IMG/VR virus record: IMGVR_UViG_3300037043_000392
Coordinates: 1-40,709 of that record
Reading direction: 5' to 3' (one strand)
Source of the DNA: a virus
Lineage: Duplodnaviria > Caudoviricetes
DNA: 40,709 nucleotides
Part shown: piece after piece, positions 10,001 through 18,691 of the stretch
Layout: each line of letters starts with the position of its first letter
Numbering within the stretch: position 1 is the first letter of the stretch
The notes under the pieces: model-generated
What the model saw: the letters and a program-made list of their open reading frames with translations, nothing else
Database searches by the model: none
What the model was told of the DNA's origin: nothing
Position numbers and translations under genes: made by a program

Positions 10001-12110
10001 ACACGAAGTGCTCGGGGTCGGCCACGAACTCGTAAGTCTCGGGACGCAGGCGCATCACCGCCAGGTAGTAGCGTCCGAGCTTCCACAGGTGGTTGTAGTT
10101 GGTGATGCCGAAGAGCTCGAGCGTCTCGTAGAGGGTGGCATTGCCCTCGTTGTAGCCGTCGTCGTAGACGACGCAGTGGTCCTCCTCGTAGGATTTGGCC
10201 TCGTTCGGGAAGCGGATGCGCAGGGCGTGGGGAACGTCCGGGAAAACCCGCGAACCCTTGAAGCCCCAGCTGTTGCGCGGCCCGAACTGCTGCACGGGCG
10301 CGGTCCGGACCAGGTCCTCGATGACCGTGTACCGGTTGTCCACCAGCCCCGGCGCCGCCCGCCCGGCCGCGCAGATCTGCCTCAAGAGCTCCCAGACGGT
10401 GGTGCGATAGTCGATCACCGCGTCGAAGTTGAACCCGGCCGCCTCGCAGCGGTCCGCGAACCCCTTCCAGGCCGCCAGGTCGAGCTTCGCGGTCGAAACC
10501 GGCCGCAGGTTGGAAGTGCCGCACAGGACCTCAACGCCCGCCCAGGCCGGGTTGCGGGTCTTCGAGAGCACCCACTGCGTTCCGGTCCACACGTTCAGCA
10601 GCGACTCGGCCAGGCAGTTGAAGTTCTGCAAAACGCCGTTGAGCTGGCCGCTCGCCTTCATCCGCAAACCGACCAGCGTGCACCCGGTGAGGTTGACGGG
10701 AGTTGCGAACGTGGTCGAGCGCAGGCATGTCCAGTAGGAGGCGTCCCAGGTGTCGGCGGCGCCGTCGGCGGTCAGCCGGCGCACGCGCACGTCGTACTGG
10801 CCGGACGGGACCGACCACACGAGCCCCTCGCGCGCCGGGTCGCGGTGCTCCTTGTCGATCGTGTAGGGCAGGTGCGCAACCGTTGCCGCCGTGCCCTGGT
10901 GGGCCCCGCCGATGGTGACCGTCTGGCCGGGCGAGAAGCTGCCGCTGGCGAGGTCGATGTCGACGTAGTCGACGAAGTAGAGGTTCTCCCAGGTGCTGAC
11001 GCCCTCCTGCGCCCCGGTCATGACGGCCTGGCTGTTGTGGTGGGCGTAGCCGACCGTGCCGCTGCCCGTGGCGCTCGTGATCGTCATACCGGCGGCGACC
11101 GAATCCGAGATCCAGGGGTTGGCGAAGGAGATCCGCCAGCGGGTCTCGGTGACGCTCTTCCACTGGCTGAGCCCGGCCGGCGAGTACTCGACCTCGAAAG
11201 CGACCGAGGCCGCGCGCCGGCGGCCGGTCGATCCGATCTGGAAAAGCCCCTCGGGAAAGGTGAACTCGACCGCGATCTGCTGGGTGCCGACCGCGGTGGT
11301 GCGCGTGTTCCAGACGTTTTGCAGCAGCTCGACGGAAAGCGCCTGCTCGGCCGTGTCGTTCGGGAAAAGGGCGTAGTGCGTGGAGTCGCCCGTGAAATAC
11401 TGCTCGAGCTCCACGCCCTGGAAGTTCGCGAGCGGGGTGTCGCCGATCTTGTAGTCCGACAGGGCGTACTTGCCCTTGCCGATCAAAAACAGGCAGCGCA
11501 GATATTGATCGTCGCTCGATACGAGCTCGGTGTACGGCACGGCGGCGTACTTCGGGAAGACCCGGTTCCGGCCGAGCACCCGCGTGACCGGCCCGTGCGG
11601 ATCCATCCGGTTCTGCATGCCGCTCAGGTAGTTCTTGCCCTGCGGCTGGTCGTTTTTCAGCTGGGGCAGCGGTATCAGCGAGTTGACCAGCATCGTGCCG
11701 GAGAGACTGACGGCGGCGCCGGCCACGGCGCCCATCATGGAGGCCCCAGTTGTCCCGGCCGCCACCACCCCGGGTATCCCGTAGGCGGCGATGCCATAGG
11801 TCGCCACCATAGCGACGACCATCACCGCGATCATGGCGACCGTGCGCGTGGGGTCCTTGCCACCACCGGTCTGGCCGGGCGTGACGCCCACCGACACGAC
11901 GGTCCCCCGGACGAGCCTGACGTCGTCCCAGCGCTCGCGGCCGATCAGCTCGTCGCCCACGTACACGAAAACCCCGTCGTGCACCTCGACCAGCGGCCGC
12001 AGCCCGATCTCGTCGATCATCTGGGAGACGGATCTTCCCTCCGGAACCTGGCAGTCGACGCGGCCGGAGCTAAAAGGGTTCGGGCGGTATGCGACAGGAA
12101 CGTAGTTCAT
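7035..12110 (-). CDS. Tail tip / central fibre protein (lambda gpI+gpJ-like), with FN3 repeats and a probable C-terminal chaperone-like domain
   Basis: 1691 aa; GQYDVRVRRLT, TRNPAW, FGPRNSWGF, FN3-like segments; follows NlpC/P60 in lambdoid tail order. Confidence 0.88.
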   Translation of the reverse strand: MNYVPVAYRPNPFSSGRVDCQVPEGRSVSQMIDEIGLRPLVEVHDGVFVYVGDELIGRERWDDVRLVRGTVVSVGVTPGQTGGGKDPTRTVAMIAVMVVAMVATYGIAAYGIPGVVAAGTTGASMMGAVAGAAVSLSGTMLVNSLIPLPQLKNDQPQGKNYLSGMQNRMDPHGPVTRVLGRNRVFPKYAAVPYTELVSSDDQYLRCLFLIGKGKYALSDYKIGDTPLANFQGVELEQYFTGDSTHYALFPNDTAEQALSVELLQNVWNTRTTAVGTQQIAVEFTFPEGLFQIGSTGRRRAASVAFEVEYSPAGLSQWKSVTETRWRISFANPWISDSVAAGMTITSATGSGTVGYAHHNSQAVMTGAQEGVSTWENLYFVDYVDIDLASGSFSPGQTVTIGGAHQGTAATVAHLPYTIDKEHRDPAREGLVWSVPSGQYDVRVRRLTADGAADTWDASYWTCLRSTTFATPVNLTGCTLVGLRMKASGQLNGVLQNFNCLAESLLNVWTGTQWVLSKTRNPAWAGVEVLCGTSNLRPVSTAKLDLAAWKGFADRCEAAGFNFDAVIDYRTTVWELLRQICAAGRAAPGLVDNRYTVIEDLVRTAPVQQFGPRNSWGFKGSRVFPDVPHALRIRFPNEAKSYEEDHCVVYDDGYNEGNATLYETLELFGITNYNHLWKLGRYYLAVMRLRPETYEFVADPEHFVCTRGDLVRLTHDVLMVGLGSMRIKSVSTTQITVDDVCQMEAGKSYGFQFRRADGSFTTATVTTVAGEPTTLAFSPAMNPVDLPTAGDLCFFGETGKISIDCLVSRIKPGPDLTARLTCVPYNPAILTADSGAIPAWESNITLPPVINRTPPVPKIISAVYVYHPVSQADDGMLELFMQVGFDAQQTAYVATSVGLNETPPDVIAGFQAQFREDDGNWIEVPAMGASARSFEFPAQNDVTYDIRIRSFSAIGTVSDWYELSNVATNYVPDKPADVTGLQAVGGGTSFTGFDLEVEWTPVAAGGAAGILLRDYVVEVRTADGNTLLRTEYPTQARYTYDFDKNLVDGGPRPSVQIKVKARNRQLAVSETAASAVFTNPVPSNPSGLGARAFMGGVEFYWTAAAGMVDAARVDRADTARLTRDGTARKTRDTAEGVGTLSDLSHYQYRIKVGSGTWGAWQRTMTNVVSFIISQEQKELYGADATIYFEVVCVDVFNQESGATAIDRAVGSLNIAATDIADFAVNASKLFTRIPIPEGLALSNNSPSTGYISWSSFIIYYNGAGYTIPGGSTANRFVYWKDLGSTLSSMDAHPPSALSDWRPQEDFIIAVNIGGVAQEAWNAIANQVIGSAYIMTAAINDLHVSDISGVKISATTQIAIGSRTFGAAGIQLEYNAGSPRFYAGNGALDYVLFNGSQMELSTSKANALVLRNGGGMLIESGGDLTVSGGGSITVNSGGNLHIAGGGGITVNYGGDIGLYSAAGNPSRLNFYDPNALRAVELLSAAALYFNVRPSANQTKSIFIGESSYLWRRIYLNSYYSVYAGAEYNSNIVGLLVSAETSTPTMSISLTHSSAGWRAFYFSVVSISGSYVGALTNHAHKANDLGSDSLAMRNVWSDEFQNVADLYHLDDRDDLAEIAKIKSSGVIHPQTGLEIIDDDTVPEWMLTKGTDQRRALTEDGKPYISSRVLLSLLMGACRQLDAKIATLSKEKGAA

Positions 12111-12529
12111 GCGGCCCGCTTCCGCCCGGCTTCAGGCTCACTCTCAGGCAGCCGATAAAACCCCTCCACCCTTTTCTCCCACACCAGGCCGTCGAACCGC
12201 TCGATGACCGCCTGCAGGCCGCGCTCGACGTGCAGCATGCGGCAGCCGTCCACGGCTACTCCCACGTGGATGGGGAACTTCCGGACCAGCAGGCACACCG
12301 CATCCCCGGGCAGCGGGCGCGGCACCCTCTGCCACCGGCCGCGTTCGGCCATGCGCACCCCGATGGTCCCCGCCAGGTCCCTGCTGCTGGCGTACAGCTC
12401 CTCGTGCGCCGGCAGATCGATCCCCAGCTCGTTCCGGTAGAAAAGGCACAGGAGCCCCCAGCAGTCGCACCCGTCGAAATCGCGGCCGCGCTCGACAAAC
12501 GGGATCCCGACGTAGCGCGCGAAGTCCAT
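12107..12529 (-). CDS. NlpC/P60 tail tip protein (gpK-like)
   Basis: MDFARYVGIPF...GRDFDGCDCWGL...HVGV...MLH; ATG at 12529 overlaps the upstream stop. Confidence 0.88.
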   Translation of the reverse strand: MDFARYVGIPFVERGRDFDGCDCWGLLCLFYRNELGIDLPAHEELYASSRDLAGTIGVRMAERGRWQRVPRPLPGDAVCLLVRKFPIHVGVAVDGCRMLHVERGLQAVIERFDGLVWEKRVEGFYRLPESEPEAGRKRAA

Positions 12530-13002
12530 CAGAAGAGCCCCGGGAAGTTGGCCGGGGACATCGAGTCCCCGGGATAGCCTTCGTTCAGCATGTCCTCGGA
12601 CTGAACCGATCCCGACACCGCCATCGAATCGTAGTCCGCCCCGCGCATCGTCATTACGAACGGCCCGACCTGCACGGCGTTCGGGTCGTCGGCGAGCACG
12701 ACCGAGACCGAGATGGTGGGAGGGCCGGTCAGCGTGCGGATCATCTGGACGATCTGCCGGTCGACGTTGCAGACGGAGAGTCTTATCTCCGGCAGCGCCT
12801 CCTCGAAGTCCTCCGGCAGCTCGAGGTCGAAGGGGAACCCGATGTACTCCTGCCCGTTGGAGGTGATGTTGGTGTAGTTGTTCACGATCCTGATGGGCAC
12901 CGAGAGGCTCGGGTGCGCGAACTCGAGCAGCGCCAAAAAGATCTGGTCGGTCTGCTGCGCGTAGGAGGCCCCCCTGAAGGCACTGGTGATCGACGGGCGC
13001 AT
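12529..13002 (-). CDS. Minor tail protein (DUF1833 / gpL-like)
   Basis: LLEFAHPSL...PIRIVNN...FPFDLELP...PANFPGLF; synteny. Confidence 0.8.
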   Translation of the reverse strand: MRPSITSAFRGASYAQQTDQIFLALLEFAHPSLSVPIRIVNNYTNITSNGQEYIGFPFDLELPEDFEEALPEIRLSVCNVDRQIVQMIRTLTGPPTISVSVVLADDPNAVQVGPFVMTMRGADYDSMAVSGSVQSEDMLNEGYPGDSMSPANFPGLF

Positions 13003-13014
13003 CTGCTCCTCCGG

Positions 13015-13365
13015 TCATGGCAATATCTCGACGGTGACGGTGACGTCCCAGTAGATCCCGTACGGAACCCACGAGGGCACGCCGACGAACTGCATGTCGC
13101 ACGCGGCGCGGCTGACCGGGTCCTTCCAGGCGAACGGCAGGGTCCAGCCGGCCAGCGTGCTCTTGCCGAACGTCTTGAACGTGCCGAACTGGGTCGCGGT
13201 CATCCTGATTTTTCCCGTGTACCGATCCGGCGCCGCGGTGGTGCGCCGGCGCTGCTTGGCCGGGCCGACGTCCGGGGTCGAGCGGATCTTCGGGTCCCCG
13301 AAGGCGCCGCCCAGTCCGCCCTTCAAAAAGTAGTCCGGAAGCGTTGACGGCCAGGGGGTCGCCAT
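13015..13365 (-). CDS. Distal tail protein (gpM-like)
   Basis: WPSTLP...GPAKQRRR...FAWKDP; directly after the tape measure gene. Confidence 0.75.
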   Translation of the reverse strand: MATPWPSTLPDYFLKGGLGGAFGDPKIRSTPDVGPAKQRRRTTAAPDRYTGKIRMTATQFGTFKTFGKSTLAGWTLPFAWKDPVSRAACDMQFVGVPSWVPYGIYWDVTVTVEILP

Positions 13366-13366
13366 G

Positions 13367-15472
13367 TCAGTTCCTCACGATCGGCTTGCGGGTCATGGCC
13401 GGCATCGTGCCCTGCACCATGCGCGAGGCGGTCCCGCCGCTGGTCAGCGCGCGGCCGATCATAAACTCCAGGTTGCGCGAGCCGTCCGGGTTGCGGGTCT
13501 CGCGCACGTCCTCGACCTGGACGGGCTCGCTGCCCTGGTTGTAGACCTTGACGGTCAGCCCGCTGCCGCCCCGGCGATCCTCGGCCACCTGGCGGCGGCT
13601 CCGGACCTCTTCCCCGAGCTGCAACACCGCTGGGTATTCGTCCGGGCGCAGGCCGTTGTGCAGCCGCGGGGCGGCGGCGATCATCCAGGCGGGGATCGTG
13701 CGCTGCAGGCCGCGATCCGCGCCGATGGTTCCGCCGCCGTGATGCTCCCAGGCCGATGCCCAGCCGGCGGGAGCGCTTGCGCCGCCGTCACCGCCCAGCT
13801 TGAGTCCCTGGAACCACTTGCCCAGATCCGAAAGCGCGCCGCCGCCCTTGAAGTCCTGCCCGAACAGACCCTGGGTCATCATCTGCCCGGCCACGTCGCT
13901 GAACGCGCGCTGGATCGAGCGGAAGATGGCGGTCGCGTAATCCCCGAAGGATTTTAGCTCGCCCGTGAGGGCATCGAAAAATAGGTTGGAGAAGTTCTGC
14001 TGCATGCTCCGGGCGGTCTGCTCGGAGAGCGCGATCATGCCGTCGAACTGCTTCTTCGTTTTCTCGTGCCACTCCTCCCAGGTCTTCTGGTCGGCCAGCA
14101 TCGCCTCGGACTGCTGGCTCTCGGCCAGACGCGGCTTGTAGTCGGACCAGTACTTCTTCCACTCCTCGTAGGCCTTCTGGTCGGCCAGGACCGCCTCCGA
14201 TTCCTGGCTCGCGCGCGGCTTGTAGCCGGCCCAGAGCTTTTTCCGGGCGTCCTCGGCCTTCTTCGCGGCGGCAAGGGCGGCGGCCGGGTTCGCGGTGAAG
14301 TCCCCGGGACCGGCCGCGGGGAGATTGATTTCGCCGGGCCTGGACCTGAGCACCCCGAAACCGTCGGCGGCAGCTCGCTCTCCTTCCGCCATCTCGCGCA
14401 TCAGATGCGAGCGGCGCTGCAGCTCGCGCCAGGTGCGCTCGGCCTCGGCCGCGCTGACCCTGGGCATCCCGGGAGCGGCGCCGGCCATCTGGGGGTACTT
14501 GGCATAGGTTTCGGCGATCAGCTTCCAGCGGTCGGCGTCGGCGGCCGTGTCGGAGGCGATCCGATCGTACATCTCCGACTTGGTGGGCACGACGAACCGC
14601 CGCGCGGCCTCGGCGATCGCGTTCAGCGTCCGGAGCACCTCGAGGGCCACCGGCAGAAAGCTCGTGCCCAGGGTCTTGGTCAGAGAGTTCCAGCGGTTTT
14701 CGAACTCGATCAGCTGCCTGGCGTAATTGTCCTTCAGGCCCTCGCCGATCGCGTTCTTGCTGCGCTCGACGACAAGAGTGAAGGCGGCATAGGCCTTGTG
14801 GGCGGAGGTGAGTTCCTCCTTGGTGGAGGCCAGCCCCAGGCGCAGGGCCTGCTGGCTCACGGTCTGCTCGTTGATGACGATGCCGTATTTCTTCAGGCCG
14901 CCGTAGCTGCCCTCGAGAGCCGCCTCGATGTCCCGCATGGTCTGGGCCGTGGGGACACGGTTGAAATTGGCGAGATCGGCGGAGAGCTTGTTGACCTCCA
15001 GCGCAAACGACGAAGCCTTGCCCGCCGCCATGCCCATGCCGGTCATCAGCGTCTGCACCCCGGCCATAGACTCGACCGCTTCCGATCTGCTCATGCGGTA
15101 GTATTTTTCGAGCATGTCCGCCGCGTAAGCCGCCATTTGGGCCTGGCCCTGGAAGGCGAGATCGAAGCGCTTTTGGGAAGCCGCGGCCTGGTCGGCGGCC
15201 TTGGCCAGAGCGAAGGCGGCGGCGATGCCGGACTTTGTCACCAGTCCGAGGGCGATGCCCGCAAGTCCTCCGGCGCTGGTGAGACCGCTCAGCGCCGAGG
15301 CGAGCCGGCCGGTTCCGGCGGCCGCCGATCCCATTGCGGCCGCGCCCTGGCCGGCGGTGGCGGAGGTCTGCTTGACGGCCTTGTCCACCTCGCCCGCGAA
15401 CTGCTTGACCTTCAACGATCCCTTGTCGTCGACTTCGATGGTGAGCGTCAGAGTGTTGGAATTCGCAGGCAT
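13367..15472 (-). CDS. Tape measure protein
   Basis: 701 aa, Ala-rich helical; LKKYGIVIN; C-terminal HHGGG...PRLHNGLRPDEYPAVLQLGEEV. Confidence 0.9.
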   Translation of the reverse strand: MPANSNTLTLTIEVDDKGSLKVKQFAGEVDKAVKQTSATAGQGAAAMGSAAAGTGRLASALSGLTSAGGLAGIALGLVTKSGIAAAFALAKAADQAAASQKRFDLAFQGQAQMAAYAADMLEKYYRMSRSEAVESMAGVQTLMTGMGMAAGKASSFALEVNKLSADLANFNRVPTAQTMRDIEAALEGSYGGLKKYGIVINEQTVSQQALRLGLASTKEELTSAHKAYAAFTLVVERSKNAIGEGLKDNYARQLIEFENRWNSLTKTLGTSFLPVALEVLRTLNAIAEAARRFVVPTKSEMYDRIASDTAADADRWKLIAETYAKYPQMAGAAPGMPRVSAAEAERTWRELQRRSHLMREMAEGERAAADGFGVLRSRPGEINLPAAGPGDFTANPAAALAAAKKAEDARKKLWAGYKPRASQESEAVLADQKAYEEWKKYWSDYKPRLAESQQSEAMLADQKTWEEWHEKTKKQFDGMIALSEQTARSMQQNFSNLFFDALTGELKSFGDYATAIFRSIQRAFSDVAGQMMTQGLFGQDFKGGGALSDLGKWFQGLKLGGDGGASAPAGWASAWEHHGGGTIGADRGLQRTIPAWMIAAAPRLHNGLRPDEYPAVLQLGEEVRSRRQVAEDRRGGSGLTVKVYNQGSEPVQVEDVRETRNPDGSRNLEFMIGRALTSGGTASRMVQGTMPAMTRKPIVRN

Positions 15473-15730
15473 TCGTCAATCCGTCCCAGGTCGATCCACT
15501 CTTCGAGCGTCAGGTCGTTCTTGCCGAAGGGGTAGCCGCCGTTTTTCATCTGCCGCAGGCGCAGGAGCTTCGCTGTGTAGGGGGTCAGGTCGGCGGGGCG
15601 CTTCGTCTTGCATTCCGTGCAGGCCCAATCCTGCGCCTCCTCCGCGCCGATCTCCTCCAGGCCCTTGGCCTCCTCCTCCGCCGTGCACAGGCCCTCGCGC
15701 AGCGCCGCGAGGTCCCTGGTCAGTTTTTTT
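15448..15730 (-). CDS. -1 frameshift extension of the tail assembly chaperone (gpGT-like)
   Basis: Slippery A AAA AAC (15723-15730) just before the chaperone stop; the -1 frame is open (KKLTRDLAALREGLC...GGYPF...LEEWIDLG) up to the TMP start. Confidence 0.8.
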
Positions 15731-16145
15731 CCAGGTCCCCGTCCGCGTCGTCGTCTTGGGCGGCGGCGGCCGCAATCGAGGCCGAGCCGTCGAACACCTG
15801 GGCCGCGAGCAGCTCCAGCAGATCGCCGGCGTGGGCCGCGACCAGCTCTTTCCAGTCGGCTGCGTAATTCGGCGATCCGGGGGTGCTGGCGATCGGCTGG
15901 CTGCGATCGCCCAGCTTGCATTCGAAGTCCCCCTCGCGGATCCCGGCGAGAATCAGCTTGCCGTACTTCTGGCGGGTCTCGACGACCCTGGTCTCGATCT
16001 TGTTGCCCTTGCGCCGGAAGCTCTCGTTGGCGTAGGCCGCGCGCTCGGCGGTGGCCGGCATGCGGTAGAAGAGCAGGATCTCGGAGCCGGAGATGTTGTC
16101 CCGGATCCGCAGCTCGTTCAGTTCGTCGGTCAGTCTGCGAGGCAT
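15720..16145 (-). CDS. Tail assembly chaperone (gpG-like)
   Basis: Between tail tube and TMP; ends DLEKN at the slippery site. Confidence 0.82.
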   Translation of the reverse strand: MPRRLTDELNELRIRDNISGSEILLFYRMPATAERAAYANESFRRKGNKIETRVVETRQKYGKLILAGIREGDFECKLGDRSQPIASTPGSPNYAADWKELVAAHAGDLLELLAAQVFDGSASIAAAAAQDDDADGDLEKN

Positions 16146-16157
16146 GGGGTTTCTCCT

Positions 16158-17435
16158 TTACGCGGCGTAGCCGGATACGAGGTTTTTGACCTTGGCGATG
16201 ACGCTGCCGTAGGTGTCGTCCTGGAGCACGATCAGGTCTCCCGCCTCGGCGTTTTTCTTGCCGTCGACCGAGATCGGTGCCTTGATGACGCCGAGCTTCG
16301 GGAAGATCAGCTCCACCTGGTACTTGTTCGAGCCGTCGTAGAGCGCGCCCTCGGCCAGCACGTACAGGCCGAAGGTCTCGTTCTGCTCGATGTAGTTTTG
16401 CAGGATGTAGTCCCGGAACTCGCGGGAAAGCGCGATGCTCTGGCTGCGCGAGGGCCGGAAGGCGCGGGAGGCGTAGGCGTCGCCCGCCCCCGGCAGGAAC
16501 TCGATCTCCAGGTTGTTGGCGAAATTCCAGGCCAGGCTGGAAAGCTCGGCCCGCACCGCGCGGCCGCCGACAAACGCCGTGCCGTTCCACTTGCCCCCGA
16601 GGGTGAGCGTGAGCTGGGAGACCCGTAGCGGGGTCTCCACCACGCGGGCGGGGAAGGAGGGCCAGGCGGGCTCGGTCGGGGAATAGAGCACCTTGTAGGT
16701 GCGGCTGGTGGCAACCCCGCCGGGGGCGGAGATGGTGATAACCGCGGGGGTCGCGGCGGAAACCGCCGAGTAGGTCACCTCGGTCCAGACGCCGGCGGTC
16801 AGCTCGACCCGGATCCGGTGCACGCTGTCCAGGCGCGCGGCGGCGTCACCGCCGGCCACCGCGTTCGCGGCGAGCGTCAACTGGGTGGCATTCTCGGCCG
16901 CGGTGAGCGTCTCCTCGACGATCGTGCTCGCCATCTTGCCGGTGCCCTTGCACTGGGCGGAGACCTTGCACCAGTCGTCCTTCGCGAAGGTGGCGACGAG
17001 GCTGTCCACGAACATGGAGGCGAAGCGGCGCTTGGCGACCGTGAGCCCGTAACGCATGGCGGCGGTGAAGCTGGGGTTGGAGCGGTAGGCGTCCAGGTCG
17101 TTTGCGATCGGGGTGATGGTGTGCTGGTAGCCGGTGCCCGCCGCGGCCGTCGCGATCGCCCCCAGGCCGTAGGCGAGCAGGAAGGCGAAGTGCTGGGGCT
17201 GGGCCTTGTTGAAGGTCATGGGCATGACCGAAAGCCGCCCGAGGTCGTAGACGGTGTCGGGCTCTTCTTTCCCGGTCAGCTCGTTGGCGTTGTTCTCGCG
17301 GCGCGGATCGACGTCGGCGACGTCGGTCATCTCGACCAGCATGGAGGTCGAAAGCGTCTGCTCGGTGTTGATGGCGCTCTCGCGCAGCGCGGCCGAGACG
17401 GCGACCAGGTTCTGGGTGGCTCTGAAGCTTCGCAT
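16158..17435 (-). CDS. Major tail tube protein
   Basis: 425 aa, strong RBS, position before chaperone/TMP; no sheath gene present. Confidence 0.75.
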   Translation of the reverse strand: MRSFRATQNLVAVSAALRESAINTEQTLSTSMLVEMTDVADVDPRRENNANELTGKEEPDTVYDLGRLSVMPMTFNKAQPQHFAFLLAYGLGAIATAAAGTGYQHTITPIANDLDAYRSNPSFTAAMRYGLTVAKRRFASMFVDSLVATFAKDDWCKVSAQCKGTGKMASTIVEETLTAAENATQLTLAANAVAGGDAAARLDSVHRIRVELTAGVWTEVTYSAVSAATPAVITISAPGGVATSRTYKVLYSPTEPAWPSFPARVVETPLRVSQLTLTLGGKWNGTAFVGGRAVRAELSSLAWNFANNLEIEFLPGAGDAYASRAFRPSRSQSIALSREFRDYILQNYIEQNETFGLYVLAEGALYDGSNKYQVELIFPKLGVIKAPISVDGKKNAEAGDLIVLQDDTYGSVIAKVKNLVSGYAA

Positions 17436-17451
17436 GTGGTCCTCCTCGCTC

Positions 17452-17501
17452 TTCCTCGCTACCGCTCGGAATTTGGGATTTGAAATTTCAAATTTGAGAT
17501 T
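17452..17501 (-). repeat. Intergenic AATTTGA/TTTCAAA heptamer run plus TTCC-GA-GC-GGTA-GC-GA-GGAA hairpin (before tail tube)
   Basis: Read directly from the sequence; related copies at 18586, 19689 and 20153. Confidence 0.7.
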
Positions 17502-17711
17502 CTACGCGCTCTCGTCCTCGATGCGGCCCTTCGCGGCGGCCCGCTCGCGCTTGGGCATCGGCACCACCGGGGCCTTGTCCGTGCGCTCGAAGCGCTCCGC
17601 CTCGGACGGCGGGATCTCGTCGTAGACCTGGTCCGGGTGATATTTGCGGCCGGCGAAGGGTCCGTCCACCACTTCCATGCCCGGCTGGCCGGGCTTGAGT
17701 CTGTAGGTCAT
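17502..17711 (-). CDS. Small hypothetical virion-module protein
   Basis: 69 aa; GGAGG RBS; ATGA overlap with the upstream gene. Confidence 0.7.
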   Translation of the reverse strand: MTYRLKPGQPGMEVVDGPFAGRKYHPDQVYDEIPPSEAERFERTDKAPVVPMPKRERAAAKGRIEDESA

Positions 17712-18151
17712 CGCGCCTCCTGTTTCGTGTAGACGTAGGTGATGATTTTGCGCTGGAACATCTCGGTTTCGTCGCCCACCGTTTCGGAGGCGGACTCCGC
17801 GGCCGAGAACGCGCTGAGCATGCCGGCGACGCCCAGGAGGTTTTCGTCAAGCACCCCGTGGACATCGCCCGCAAGCTCGAGCACGCCTTTCGCGCCGGTG
17901 GCCGCGTCGCCCATGACCGAGGCCTCGGGCTTGTAAACCTGGGCGAAGACGGCGACCTGCACCGCGAGCGAGAGCTCGATCATGCCGCCGGCCAGCTCGC
18001 TGCGGGAGACCGGGCCGTCCTTCAGCGCGATCGCCGGGGGCCGCACCCCGTTCGGGATCAGCTCGAGCGAGGGCGTGACGTAAACGTCCTGCGGCCGGAC
18101 GTAGGAGAGCCCCTGCAGGGCGGTCTTCATGGCGGCAAGCAGTGTTTTCAT
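17708..18151 (-). CDS. Head-tail joining / tail terminator protein
   Basis: 147 aa; position after the gp36-like gene. Confidence 0.65.
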   Translation of the reverse strand: MKTLLAAMKTALQGLSYVRPQDVYVTPSLELIPNGVRPPAIALKDGPVSRSELAGGMIELSLAVQVAVFAQVYKPEASVMGDAATGAKGVLELAGDVHGVLDENLLGVAGMLSAFSAAESASETVGDETEMFQRKIITYVYTKQEAR

Positions 18152-18155
18152 CGGC

Positions 18156-18581
18156 TTAGAACCCGCTCATCTTGTCGGGGGTGAAGATCTTGTCGTCCGC
18201 GAGAGTGCTGGCCTCGATGCCGTCGGCGGCGCTTTCCGCGGGGGCGTCCGATCCGATGCTGACCTCGCCCTTGGCGACCGACCGCAGGAACCGGATCGCG
18301 TTGTCGTAGCGCTCCTTGCGGGCGGGCGTAGCGCCCCGGCGGCGGGCGAAAATATTGTAGACGGCCATCTCGACGGAGGTCTTGCGGATCATGGCCGGAA
18401 CGGGCGCAAACGGCACCGGGTAGCGGACGGCGGCGTAGGAATCGATCTCGGCGTCGGCGTCGGCGATCGCGCGCTCGACCACCGAGGCGTCCACGGCCCC
18501 CAGGCCGGAATCGTCGGTAAACTGGATCAGCTCGCTCAGGCTGATCTGCTCCAGGATGTCGGCCTGGGTGCAATAAGGCAT
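18156..18581 (-). CDS. Mu gp36-like head-tail adaptor (DUF1320)
   Basis: MPYCTQADI...AIADADAEIDSY..RY.VP...RYDNAIRFLRSVAKG. Confidence 0.88.
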   Translation of the reverse strand: MPYCTQADILEQISLSELIQFTDDSGLGAVDASVVERAIADADAEIDSYAAVRYPVPFAPVPAMIRKTSVEMAVYNIFARRRGATPARKERYDNAIRFLRSVAKGEVSIGSDAPAESAADGIEASTLADDKIFTPDKMSGF

Positions 18582-18585
18582 CTCG

Positions 18586-18615
18586 TCCTCGCTTCGCTCG
18601 GAATTTCAAATTCAA
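18586..18615 (-). repeat. Intergenic heptamer plus TCC-GA-GC-GAA-GC-GA-GGA hairpin (before gp36)
   Basis: Read directly from the sequence. Confidence 0.65.
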
Positions 18616-18691
18616 GGTGGCGCGGGAACCGGGGTCTGCCTCGCGTTCTGGCCCTCACCAGGTTACGAACCCCGGCCCCCGCGCGCATCGG

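Noticed and set aside
8586-12158. Long plus-strand ORFs opposite the late genes (also 872-2119, 14066-15535, 25279-26799)
   Set aside because: Shadow frames of GC-rich coding sequence, without RBS or recognisable motifs.
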